Assembly (NCBI GenBank): GCA_051874735.1
Contig: JBJEGD010000039.1
Span: 1 to 23,737 of the forward strand
Direction of reading: 5' to 3'
Source: Candidatus Bruticola sp.
Lineage (GTDB): Bacteria > Vulcanimicrobiota > Xenobia > Xenobiales > Xenobiaceae
Length of the DNA stretch: 23,737 nucleotides
Position numbers and translations under genes: made by a program. Shown piece after piece: positions 1-8,496 of this stretch. How positions within the stretch are numbered: position 1 is the stretch's first letter; each line of letters opens with the position of its first letter. The notes beneath the pieces are model-generated. The model was not told the origin of the DNA. It saw only the letters and a program-made list of their open reading frames with translations, and ran no database searches.

Positions 1-379
1 TAATACGCATCATGGCTCCATTAGCTTGACTGTTATAGTTTGGCACTCCTCTAAGACCAGCAGCTACGGTCATACCACAATCAAAAGGATCAGAATTGAG
101 CCAAAACTGGTAAATATGACGCGCAGCCTCAGGCTCATAAGTGCGGCGAGCTACTAGCATTCTGGCTAGCATTAAAGCCATTTCTGAATCGTCTGTAGGT
201 TGACCGGCTAGAGTATTCCATACACCACCGTCAGTTAACTCCCGCACCCCATTTGGATAGCGGCGACAGATAGCTTCCGGTGGCATAAATTCAACTAAGC
301 TACCGAGAGCATCTCCAGCCAGCTGACCGATAAGACATCCTTGGGCACGCTTAACTTTTTTATTAGATTCATCAGCCAT
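1..379 (-). CDS. ADP-ribosylglycohydrolase (DraG/ARH family), N-terminal part; truncated by the window edge
   Basis: Not in the ORF track. Translated by hand from ATG at 379: MADESNKKVKRAQGCLIGQLAGDALGSLVEF...AGQPTDDSEMALMLAR...PFDCGMT...SQANGAMMRI. The GDALG, TDD(S) metal-binding and NGAMMR motifs are hallmarks of the family. The frame is open to the window edge. Confidence 0.92.
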   Translation of the reverse strand, partial: MADESNKKVKRAQGCLIGQLAGDALGSLVEFMPPEAICRRYPNGVRELTDGGVWNTLAGQPTDDSEMALMLARMLVARRTYEPEAARHIYQFWLNSDPFDCGMTVAAGLRGVPNYNSQANGAMMRI

Positions 380-421
380 TTATAAAACCGACCCTCGAAT
401 TTACCTTAAGGCTCTCAAAAT

Positions 422-3400
422 TTACACATTTTTCTCTAACACAATATCAAATCCGCCTTCTAAAATAAACCTTCTCAATATTTTGTCAATTTTCATCTTG
501 ATCAGGAATTTCCTGATAGGCTCACCTTCAATCTCTTCAAGGAAAATTTTCGCTTTTTCCTGATTCACAGTTGACTTCAATTTATCAAATTTTCCGAACT
601 CATTGATATTAGCTTCTGTAACTTTCGACTGCATAAAACTGCACAACATCGTTTCATCAACTCCGATGGCGGTCGCAAAACGGTGGATCTGTTTATCTTT
701 AGCGATGGTCATATACTCTGTAAGGTAATCGCGGAACGTTTTTCCTTCGTCAACTTGTAGATCATTAGTCTGGATGTCTTTTAATAAAGTATTGGCGTAT
801 TTCTGTTCCTCTTGGGTTAGCGTTGCAAACGACTTGTGAAGCTCATCGAGTACAGCGGCAGTTTCCGTTCTATCCTGTAAGGCCTTAATGTACTTTTTAA
901 ACCGGGAATTCATATAGTTGGCATCAATCACACCGGTATTAATTTCTGTCAAGTAGGAGTCAATCTCATAGGGAACATCCTTAGCACCAGCTTCCCCGTT
1001 ACCACCAGAGAACAATTCCTTATAACGCAAAGCGAGAATTAAATAGGCAGTTTTATTGAAATGCAGGTTTACGGTCGTGCTACCGTTATCATTCTTAAAT
1101 TTATAGGACAGTTTATCCCAAATAAAGCCCTGTATATTGGCCGCTTCAAGGTAATTATTAAACAGTTTGAACAGTTTGGAGAATTGTCCGCGCTCTGCGT
1201 AATCATCTGGTAGCCTCTCGAAATTAGCAACGCCTGCACAACGGAAGATACTCTCCATATCATCATACAACAGGTTCATTTTTTCTAGATTATTTTCCAG
1301 CTTATCAGCAAATATACCACGAGGCTTATCACCAGAATAAAGCTTAAAAGCTGCTTCAATATTCCGCTGCATTGTATACGGCTTGCGATAATAGCGAATC
1401 GTGCCAAAGGGCTTCTCTGGACCGTAAAGACGATTGGTGCGGGAAAATGCCTGAATAAGCTTTTCGTAATCTAAAATTTTATCTAAATAGAGCGTGTTGA
1501 TCCACTTAGAATCAAAACCAGTCAGCATCTGATCGACAACGATCAGCAAATTTATTTGCTGGTCGGTTTTTTGTTCAATACCTTTATACTGTTCTTTGTG
1601 AGCCAGACGGTGGGAAATGTCTTTTTTAAAGGCTGCATAAGTAGCCATCTGGAACTGCATAGCGTATCTGCTATTGTAATCTTCGATTATTTCCACAATC
1701 CCTTCTTCTTTAAAAAGCCCGTCTCCATTCTCATCGATACTGGGATCGAACAAAGCAGTAACCTTTAGCTGCCCCTTCGCTTTAAACAGCTTGTAATACT
1801 GTATAGCTTCCGGAATACTGCTAGTAGCCAAAATAGCGTGAAACTTGTTACCGTGGCTGAGGGTGGCCCAGTTTGCTAAAATGTCATCCACTACGGCGCA
1901 TTGATGCTCCTCGCGTTTATACTGAGCCGCAGACAGATAATCTTCAATACCTTTCACCGAGTTACCATCTGCCTGGATAGATCCAGCCATCGGCACTTTG
2001 GTGTGATCCATATAATACAGGTAGATTTCTCTCTTTTTAGGATCTGCCAACACTTCTGCTTCAGTAGTGGCCTTAGTTTTTTCCAGGGCAACAGCTTGGC
2101 GAAGATCACGATCTTTATATGTTAACACCATGTAGGGATCAAAGCCCAGGACATTTTTATCTCGAATGCCATCAGCAATGCTGTATCTGTGCAGTTCATT
2201 GCCGAAAACATCGGAAGTAGTGCTCATTTTTTTCTGATTTTCATCGTGGATTGGCGTGCCGGTAAAACCAAAAAACATAGCGTTGGGAAAAGTTGTTTTA
2301 ATACTGAGCAACATTCCGCCAAAGACATCGCGATGAGCTTCATCTATAATAAATACGACCCGTTTATTTTGAATTAGTTCAATATCGCGAACTTTGAAAC
2401 CGTTTTCTTCTTTTACACGGCTCATTTTCTGAATTGAAGTGACAATTAAGGTGTTAGCTGGATCATTACTCCGCAGTTTGGCCACGAGCATATCCGTATT
2501 TTCTGTGGATTGTACAGAATCTGAATCGTCGGCAAAACCGCGATACTCCAACAAAGACTGTGTGCCAAGTTCTATTCTGTCCATCAGGAATACAACTTTG
2601 TCGGCATCTTTAGAAACAGCAATTAACTGTGCAGATTTAAAGCTAGTCAGGGTTTTTCCGGAACCGGTCGTGTGCCAGATATAGCCGCCCAGCTGCTCCT
2701 TCTCAGACCAGCGGCGCTTAGCAACGCGGCTAGTAATACTAGAAGTCGCATAATACTGATAGCTGCGCATAACTTTTAAAATACCGTCAGTATCATCAGC
2801 CACAGTATAAAAGCCGATCAGTTGATGGGCCATAGGAATAGAAAGCAGATACTGAGCAACATCCTTCCAGTTATTCAAGGGCTCGTTGTTGACGTCCGCC
2901 CAATGGAAGTAAAAATCTTTGTTGAACTTTCCATCTGGGCCGGGGTTGGCAAAATAAACGGTTTGATCCGGCTGCATGGCAATAAAAATTTGCACTAGGG
3001 CGAACAAACCGGTAAAAACACCCTCATGGGCGTATTTTTCAATTTGATTGGTGGCTTGGCTGACATCGACACCGCTGCGTTTTAGTTCACAATGAATTAG
3101 GGGCATACCGTTAATTAACAGTATAAAGTCGCCCCGCCGGTTAGGGTAAATAGAGTTTCTGGCCTTAAAAACCGGCTGTTCGGCAATCTGATAGCGGCTC
3201 TGGCCGGCGGCAATTTCCTGACGGTCGTAAATTTTTAAGCTGACTTCCTTACCGAAGTGAAGTTTGTCTTCGGGATTGTCACGCTTAACAGCCACGGTCT
3301 TGCCATTAATAAAACCGTTGAGTTTTAGCGGCGTGCGCAGCCGGGTAATTTGGTCAAGAATTTGCTGCATTTCGCTGTCAGTCAGCGGAACATCGTTCAG

Positions 3401-3559
3401 CCGATCCACATCTCGATTATTTTCAAAAAGGATCTGCTTCCAATTCTGGATCAGCTCCTCTTCCGTTTTGTAACGCAGAATTTCTGACTCCCAGCCATAT
3501 TTTTCTGTCAACAAGTTAATAAGAGCCGCTTCAAAGGCTGCTTCCTGTTCAAATACCAT
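422..3559 (-). CDS. hsdR: Type I restriction enzyme R subunit
   Basis: 1045 aa. Nuclease motif GDFILLINGMPLIHCELK plus QIEKY; Walker A HTTGSGKT; DEAH; FTGTP; LTGFD; QAFSRTNR. AGGAGG RBS upstream. Confidence 0.97.
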   Translation of the reverse strand: MVFEQEAAFEAALINLLTEKYGWESEILRYKTEEELIQNWKQILFENNRDVDRLNDVPLTDSEMQQILDQITRLRTPLKLNGFINGKTVAVKRDNPEDKLHFGKEVSLKIYDRQEIAAGQSRYQIAEQPVFKARNSIYPNRRGDFILLINGMPLIHCELKRSGVDVSQATNQIEKYAHEGVFTGLFALVQIFIAMQPDQTVYFANPGPDGKFNKDFYFHWADVNNEPLNNWKDVAQYLLSIPMAHQLIGFYTVADDTDGILKVMRSYQYYATSSITSRVAKRRWSEKEQLGGYIWHTTGSGKTLTSFKSAQLIAVSKDADKVVFLMDRIELGTQSLLEYRGFADDSDSVQSTENTDMLVAKLRSNDPANTLIVTSIQKMSRVKEENGFKVRDIELIQNKRVVFIIDEAHRDVFGGMLLSIKTTFPNAMFFGFTGTPIHDENQKKMSTTSDVFGNELHRYSIADGIRDKNVLGFDPYMVLTYKDRDLRQAVALEKTKATTEAEVLADPKKREIYLYYMDHTKVPMAGSIQADGNSVKGIEDYLSAAQYKREEHQCAVVDDILANWATLSHGNKFHAILATSSIPEAIQYYKLFKAKGQLKVTALFDPSIDENGDGLFKEEGIVEIIEDYNSRYAMQFQMATYAAFKKDISHRLAHKEQYKGIEQKTDQQINLLIVVDQMLTGFDSKWINTLYLDKILDYEKLIQAFSRTNRLYGPEKPFGTIRYYRKPYTMQRNIEAAFKLYSGDKPRGIFADKLENNLEKMNLLYDDMESIFRCAGVANFERLPDDYAERGQFSKLFKLFNNYLEAANIQGFIWDKLSYKFKNDNGSTTVNLHFNKTAYLILALRYKELFSGGNGEAGAKDVPYEIDSYLTEINTGVIDANYMNSRFKKYIKALQDRTETAAVLDELHKSFATLTQEEQKYANTLLKDIQTNDLQVDEGKTFRDYLTEYMTIAKDKQIHRFATAIGVDETMLCSFMQSKVTEANINEFGKFDKLKSTVNQEKAKIFLEEIEGEPIRKFLIKMKIDKILRRFILEGGFDIVLEKNV

Positions 3560-3574
3560 AGCTGGCCTCCTGGC

Positions 3575-4813
3575 TCAAACAAACATTTTTTCCAGCAGAG
3601 CTTTTTTGACGGATTGTAGTTTTTCCAACTCGCGCCGATGAAGGGTGATAAGGTGGTCGAGGTTGCGAAAATAGGAACCTATTTTCTGTTGTTCCTCGTA
3701 TGACGGCAATAAAAATTCAAAACTAGAATACTCTTGAGCATTTATTCCCGGTTGTCCTGAACGCTGAGAAGTAATACAAATGAACCTTTTATATTTCTTT
3801 GTGAAAGTATTATAGAACACAAAATCCGGATAAGTATTCGCGTTGATTTTTGCTCTAATCAAGAAACCTGCATAGAAAACCAAACCGTCTGAAGCCTTAT
3901 AAATAAAGGTTTTTCCAACACTTGCACCTGTTCTTGCAAATACTATATCTCCGTCTTGAAGCTTATATTTTTCAGCAGAACAGAGGTCACAGTCTGGAGA
4001 AGTTAAGTCCGAGTCCAGAAAAACTCTGCGATCATCGTCTATATCTGTAATACGGATATATTTATGTGTTCCGTCAAATTCTTTAGCTGCTGCATTCAAA
4101 CCATACTCAAATGAGTTACAAACTTCACCCAACTTACGCTGTTCCCAATCTCCATAAAACTCTTTAAAGCGCACTTCCGGTACATTTGCACCATCTTTCG
4201 GGAACATCTTATCCAGCATGGATGATTTGAGATTTTGCAGTTTTTCAAGTTTGGATTGATGCTGCACTATCACTGCATCTAAATTAGAAAACCAATCCGC
4301 CAATTGAATTTGCTCTGCCTTTTGGGGCAAATATGTTTGATACTCCAACATCTCGGGAATATTCAAAACACGATTTCGCCCAGCTCCGCCAGGGGAAGAA
4401 AGCCACAAATGATATCTGAACTTATCATCTGCAACAACATATCGAAAGAATTTCGGTTCCATTTCTGGGACAAATGTGAACTGTGGAAATCTGTGTGAAA
4501 CCAGCTTCCCCGCATCAGTTTCATCGGTAATTGCAACAGCATGTTCCCATGCAAAAGTAATGTTGAAAAGCAGTTTGTCTGCTGCCACACGATGCATTTG
4601 TGCCGTTTCAAGTTCAGATCCCGGTGCAACATAGCTGTGAAACGTTCCTTTCACATGACTGCGGACGCCAAGCCGTTCATATCCATCATGAGGCGTGGCA
4701 ACGGGATCTTCGTATTTATCCAAAATGTCACCAAATTGGTATTTAACCCATTCGTCGGAATGGCCTGAAAATCTAACCTGCGGAACATTCTTTTTTTTGA
4801 CCATTTTACTCAC
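3575..4813 (-). CDS. hsdS: Type I RM specificity subunit (two TRDs)
   Basis: 412 aa with duplicated conserved blocks (VPQVRF..W / VPEVRF..WEQRKLGE; P..EQ..LD..I..HQ.KLEKLQ.LK / P..EEQQKIG..LDHLITLH..LEKLQ.VK). The GTG start overlaps the hsdM stop (GTGAGTAA); an alternative ATG lies at 4804. Confidence 0.95.
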   Translation of the reverse strand: MSKMVKKKNVPQVRFSGHSDEWVKYQFGDILDKYEDPVATPHDGYERLGVRSHVKGTFHSYVAPGSELETAQMHRVAADKLLFNITFAWEHAVAITDETDAGKLVSHRFPQFTFVPEMEPKFFRYVVADDKFRYHLWLSSPGGAGRNRVLNIPEMLEYQTYLPQKAEQIQLADWFSNLDAVIVQHQSKLEKLQNLKSSMLDKMFPKDGANVPEVRFKEFYGDWEQRKLGEVCNSFEYGLNAAAKEFDGTHKYIRITDIDDDRRVFLDSDLTSPDCDLCSAEKYKLQDGDIVFARTGASVGKTFIYKASDGLVFYAGFLIRAKINANTYPDFVFYNTFTKKYKRFICITSQRSGQPGINAQEYSSFEFLLPSYEEQQKIGSYFRNLDHLITLHRRELEKLQSVKKALLEKMFV

Positions 4814-7583
4814 CCATAAGAAGGGCTTTGAATTCTGCCAATCCCTTCATGTCGAATTCGCTTCCTGTCAAGTTGTCGATCATGGAAGAAAGCACTTGTT
4901 CGGATTTATGAATCTGTTCACCCAATTCCAAATAGGTTACAGCGTACTTGTCTGCTAACGCCTGTACTGCCTTTTCCAGTGTGTCAATAATTGCCTCCGG
5001 CATGGCGCGGAGAGAGGCGCACAACGGGACAATCCATTTCAGGCGCAGGAGCTCAATAATTTGCTCATCACTCAACCCTTCGATGGTTTCTTTAGTTTTC
5101 ATATGGAGCGCATAAACCATCTCTTTGACATCTTTTTTAATGGCTTTTTCCTCTGCCATCAGCTTTTCAGCACAGACCATCTTCGCTTCAAAGGAATCTT
5201 CCGGGAATGAATATATCTGACGCAGCGCTTTAATATAGGCTAAAACTTTGACCTTTACATAAGGGGCCTGTCCATCTATAGACGCCCAATTTACTTCATC
5301 GTGCTCAGTGATATATTGCAGTTTTACCGCCTTGCCAGCTTTATCATCTAGCAAGTTAACATACCCCTGCAGGGCAGTAAGTTCCGGAGAAGAGATATCG
5401 GTATAAATTTCCGCAAGTCTGGCAGTAAATTCTTTGGGTACAAAGGCAGTATTGTCATCATTCAGGAATTCGCCGCGATCACCCTCGTCAATAGAATCGA
5501 TAATTTCTGTCAGCTCGGCGGCGATTTCATCTAATCTGGCTTCTTTGGCCTTAAGTGCCTCATAATCTTCCCGCAGAAGCGTAGTCTGCACCAGCTCAAA
5601 GGGAATGACATGGCCTACCCAGCCATTCTGCACTTCTTCTTCCTTATTGTCTTTCTTTTTGATGACCATATTTGGGGAGACCTGCTTGGTGGCGGCGAAA
5701 CCTTCCGTCTGGATAATTTCTAGATCGGTAGAAATAGTGGCCCATTTGTCATCTAAGAGCTGATAGGCCTGGTACTTGTCGATCAGAGGAAGCGAGGCCA
5801 CACGGTTAAAAATATTTTGGGTAATAGTGTCCTCGGCCTTGGAGATATTCAAATCCATCATTTTTTCGATCAGTTGGCCATCCAGATATTGATCAAAATC
5901 TACCAACGCTGACTTATGCGCCGCAATGAACGCTTGTACATCGGCACTGCCTTCAATGGCTTCTTTGATATTTCCAACTGCCAATGTTGAATATGGAGTT
6001 TCATTACTAGCAAAGAGAACGCTCCTCAGATGGGGGAAGGCAGACCAATACCGTTGTAAATAATCAATTTCAAGGTTAGGAAGGCCGCCGAACATGGTCG
6101 CGTAAATATCCCAAGTTTCTGTAGCTTCGGACGAATCAATATAACGAGGAATATTCAAATTATACCCATTGCGGCGAATCTCTTCTTTGGAAACTAGTCT
6201 GGCAAATTTTTCTATACTTTCAGGACGGGTAGCCACCGCATCGACAATTCTTTTAATATCAGAGGCCATTAGCTTGTTAGTCTTGCCAACTTTAGTGAAC
6301 CCCTTAGAAGCATCAATAAACAGAACATTCGATTCCTGGCGTTTTTGGCGCAACACCATAATAATAGTAGGGATACCTGTGCCAAAGAAAATATTGGCAG
6401 GCAGTCCAATAATGGCTTCGATATTGTTATTTTCGATCAAATTGCGGCGGATACGCCCCTCGCCTTCACCCAATCCATCAGCTCCTCCTACAGAATCACC
6501 ACGGAACAAGACGCCATGAGGAAGCACAATAGTCATAATGCCATCGGGTTTTAAATGGTACAGGTCATGAAGCAGAAAAGCATAGTCAGCTTTCCCTTTG
6601 GGCGCCATACCATAGCGATAACGAGGGTCTGATTCCTTTTGAGAAGGATCCCAGTGCTGCGAATAGGGCGGGTTAGAAACTACGGCATCTAAATATAATG
6701 GCTCATAAGCTTTGGTAACTTCATCGTACATAGGCCAGTCCTGCTCCAGGGTATCGCCGCAGCGAGTGAAGATATTGGCCGGATTGATGCCGCGCATAAC
6801 TAAATTCATACGGGTTAAATTGTAGGTATTTTCCTTTAGTTCCTGAGCATAATACATAATGCTATCTTTGTTATTCAGGTACTTGGCAGCGCTTTTACCA
6901 ATAGTAATCAGCAGGGAGCCCGAACCGCTCGTAGGGTCATATATTTCTATTCTCTCGCGATCCTTCAAGTGGTTGGTCACAATTTCAGACATAAGTAAAG
7001 AAACTTCATGGGGAGTATAGAATTCCCCGGCCTTCTTACCGGCATTGGCTGCAAAGTTGCTAATTAAATATTCGTAAATGAAGCCTAAAACATCGTAATC
7101 TTGCCTGCCATCGGTGGGAATATCCTTGATCAGCTGAATCAAATCGCGTATAGCTTTTGTCTGATTGCTAGTGCTATCGCCGAGTTTGCTCAGACCGGTT
7201 TCCAGGGTATTAAAAATTTTGCTGAATACCTTCTTCTGAGTATCGCTAATTAAACGATTGAAGGCCGAGAGGGCGGTCCTTACATTGTCAACGGTAAAAC
7301 TATGGCCCTTATCTAGCCATGTCGAAAAAAGATTATTGTAGTCAATAAAATAACCCAAGGTCTGGCGACAGTACTTAACTACTTCCTCGTTATCTTCATG
7401 CACACATTCCTGGAGGTCAACCTCTTCATATCCGTCCCCTTTTAGGAAATCCACTTCTTTATCAGAGAGAAACTTATAGAAGATAAAACCGAGGATATAG
7501 TCTTTATATTCGTTAGCTTCAATCTTGGAACGCATTTTATTGGCGGATTCCCATATTTTACTGGCAAGCTGTTGTTTGTTCAT
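4806..7583 (-). CDS. hsdM: Type I RM N6-adenine methyltransferase subunit with long C-terminal extension
   Basis: HsdM N-terminus (IWESANKMR...YKDYILGFIFYKFLS), GEFYTP, SAM-binding YDPTSGSGSLL, catalytic NPPY, LPHGVLFRG, NLNIPRY. AAAGGAG RBS. Confidence 0.97.
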   Translation of the reverse strand: MNKQQLASKIWESANKMRSKIEANEYKDYILGFIFYKFLSDKEVDFLKGDGYEEVDLQECVHEDNEEVVKYCRQTLGYFIDYNNLFSTWLDKGHSFTVDNVRTALSAFNRLISDTQKKVFSKIFNTLETGLSKLGDSTSNQTKAIRDLIQLIKDIPTDGRQDYDVLGFIYEYLISNFAANAGKKAGEFYTPHEVSLLMSEIVTNHLKDRERIEIYDPTSGSGSLLITIGKSAAKYLNNKDSIMYYAQELKENTYNLTRMNLVMRGINPANIFTRCGDTLEQDWPMYDEVTKAYEPLYLDAVVSNPPYSQHWDPSQKESDPRYRYGMAPKGKADYAFLLHDLYHLKPDGIMTIVLPHGVLFRGDSVGGADGLGEGEGRIRRNLIENNNIEAIIGLPANIFFGTGIPTIIMVLRQKRQESNVLFIDASKGFTKVGKTNKLMASDIKRIVDAVATRPESIEKFARLVSKEEIRRNGYNLNIPRYIDSSEATETWDIYATMFGGLPNLEIDYLQRYWSAFPHLRSVLFASNETPYSTLAVGNIKEAIEGSADVQAFIAAHKSALVDFDQYLDGQLIEKMMDLNISKAEDTITQNIFNRVASLPLIDKYQAYQLLDDKWATISTDLEIIQTEGFAATKQVSPNMVIKKKDNKEEEVQNGWVGHVIPFELVQTTLLREDYEALKAKEARLDEIAAELTEIIDSIDEGDRGEFLNDDNTAFVPKEFTARLAEIYTDISSPELTALQGYVNLLDDKAGKAVKLQYITEHDEVNWASIDGQAPYVKVKVLAYIKALRQIYSFPEDSFEAKMVCAEKLMAEEKAIKKDVKEMVYALHMKTKETIEGLSDEQIIELLRLKWIVPLCASLRAMPEAIIDTLEKAVQALADKYAVTYLELGEQIHKSEQVLSSMIDNLTGSEFDMKGLAEFKALLMGE

Positions 7584-7878
7584 AATTAAGCTCCTTTATA
7601 AAAAATGCTGTCTTTGCGCTCTGCTTCACTAGGCCAGATGTTTAACTGTAGCGTGTAGCACCTCAGCCAACAAGGCTATACTCAAATTTTGGCGTTCAGT
7701 ATGTAAGTGCTATGAAAATAACTATAGCGAATTTTGAAACGCACCACACCGCCTCAGATTATTAACCTTTTCTGCCAAAATATTATCGATATTATACGTC
7801 CACAGCTTATAAGACTTTTAATTATCAAAAATTTTTAGACTTAAATTAAGCAAATATTTAGAATAGGCAAAAAAAATG

Positions 7879-7919
7879 AAAAAAAGTCCGCTGAGGTCAC
7901 AACGACCTCGGCAGACTTT
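7879..7919 (-). terminator. Intrinsic terminator of the tmRNA transcript
   Basis: Minus strand reads AAAGTCTGCCGAGGTC-GTTGT-GACCTCAGCGGACTTT followed by further Ts, about 80 nt past the tmRNA CCA. Confidence 0.8.
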
Positions 7920-8000
7920 ATCGGCTTACAACATTACTTGAGCCACACTCTTGCAGCAAAAATGCCGCTAAAAAAGTATTTACTCTTTCAATGTCTATTT

Positions 8001-8357
8001 TGGTGGAGGTGGCGGGAATCGAACCCGCGTCCGAAGAGGCCTCCACGCCAACCTCTACGAGCGTATCCTAAGTTTTACTCTCGCTTTGCGGGACTCTCCC
8101 AGGCTAGATTCCCGCAAACCATACCCTCTGGTGTTTCCCCTATGCAGCCAAGAGACGAGCGGCAAATGGGTAGACGGCGTGGTTCACGCCCGGTACACCC
8201 CCGCCGACGAAGGTGAGCGGACGCACCGCACTAGGCGGCGAGAGCCAAATTATCTTCGGCAGTTAATATTTGAAAGTTTCGACTTTTTTACGAGCTTTCG
8301 ACAACTCGACTCGCAGCTGACGGCAAAGCATCTCCCCGTCGAAACCGGGACACCCCC
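8001..8357 (-). ncRNA. ssrA: tmRNA (one-piece, 357 nt), proteolysis tag (A)AEDNLALAA*
   Basis: 5' end GGGGGTGTCCCGGTTTCGACGGGG and 3' end GACGCGGGTTCGATTCCCGCCACCTCCACCA form an Ala-type acceptor stem with G3.U and a T-arm. Resume context TTAACT|GCC; tag frame 8260-8231 is GCC GAA GAT AAT TTG GCT CTC GCC GCC TAG. Confidence 0.97.
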
Positions 8358-8443
8358 GAATAAACAGAGCAACTGAGAAAAGAAAACAAGAGAAAAACTC
8401 ACTATGTCTAAACTCTCAGAACTTTACCTTTAGACTGTTTTTT

Positions 8444-8473
8444 ATTTTACCATGCAGCTGCACGAGACGTCAA
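8444..8473 (-). promoter_or_regulatory. Putative sigma70-type promoter of ssrA
   Basis: Minus strand TTGACG-18 nt-TAAAAT with a TG extended -10, about 85 nt upstream of the mature 5' end. The spacer contains the palindrome TGCAGCTGCA. Confidence 0.65.
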
Positions 8474-8496
8474 GATAAGTTATTTTTCCCCACAAC

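Noticed and set aside
1069-6554. Short ORFs nested in or antisense to hsdR/S/M (e.g. 6169-6519, 4695-4958, 2439-2684)
   Set aside because: Overlap well-supported genes and show no motifs or convincing RBS.
7938-8376. Plus-strand ORFs 7938-8216 and 8086-8376
   Set aside because: Antisense shadows of the tmRNA gene; WWRWRESNPRP is the typical translation of a reversed tRNA-like 3' end.
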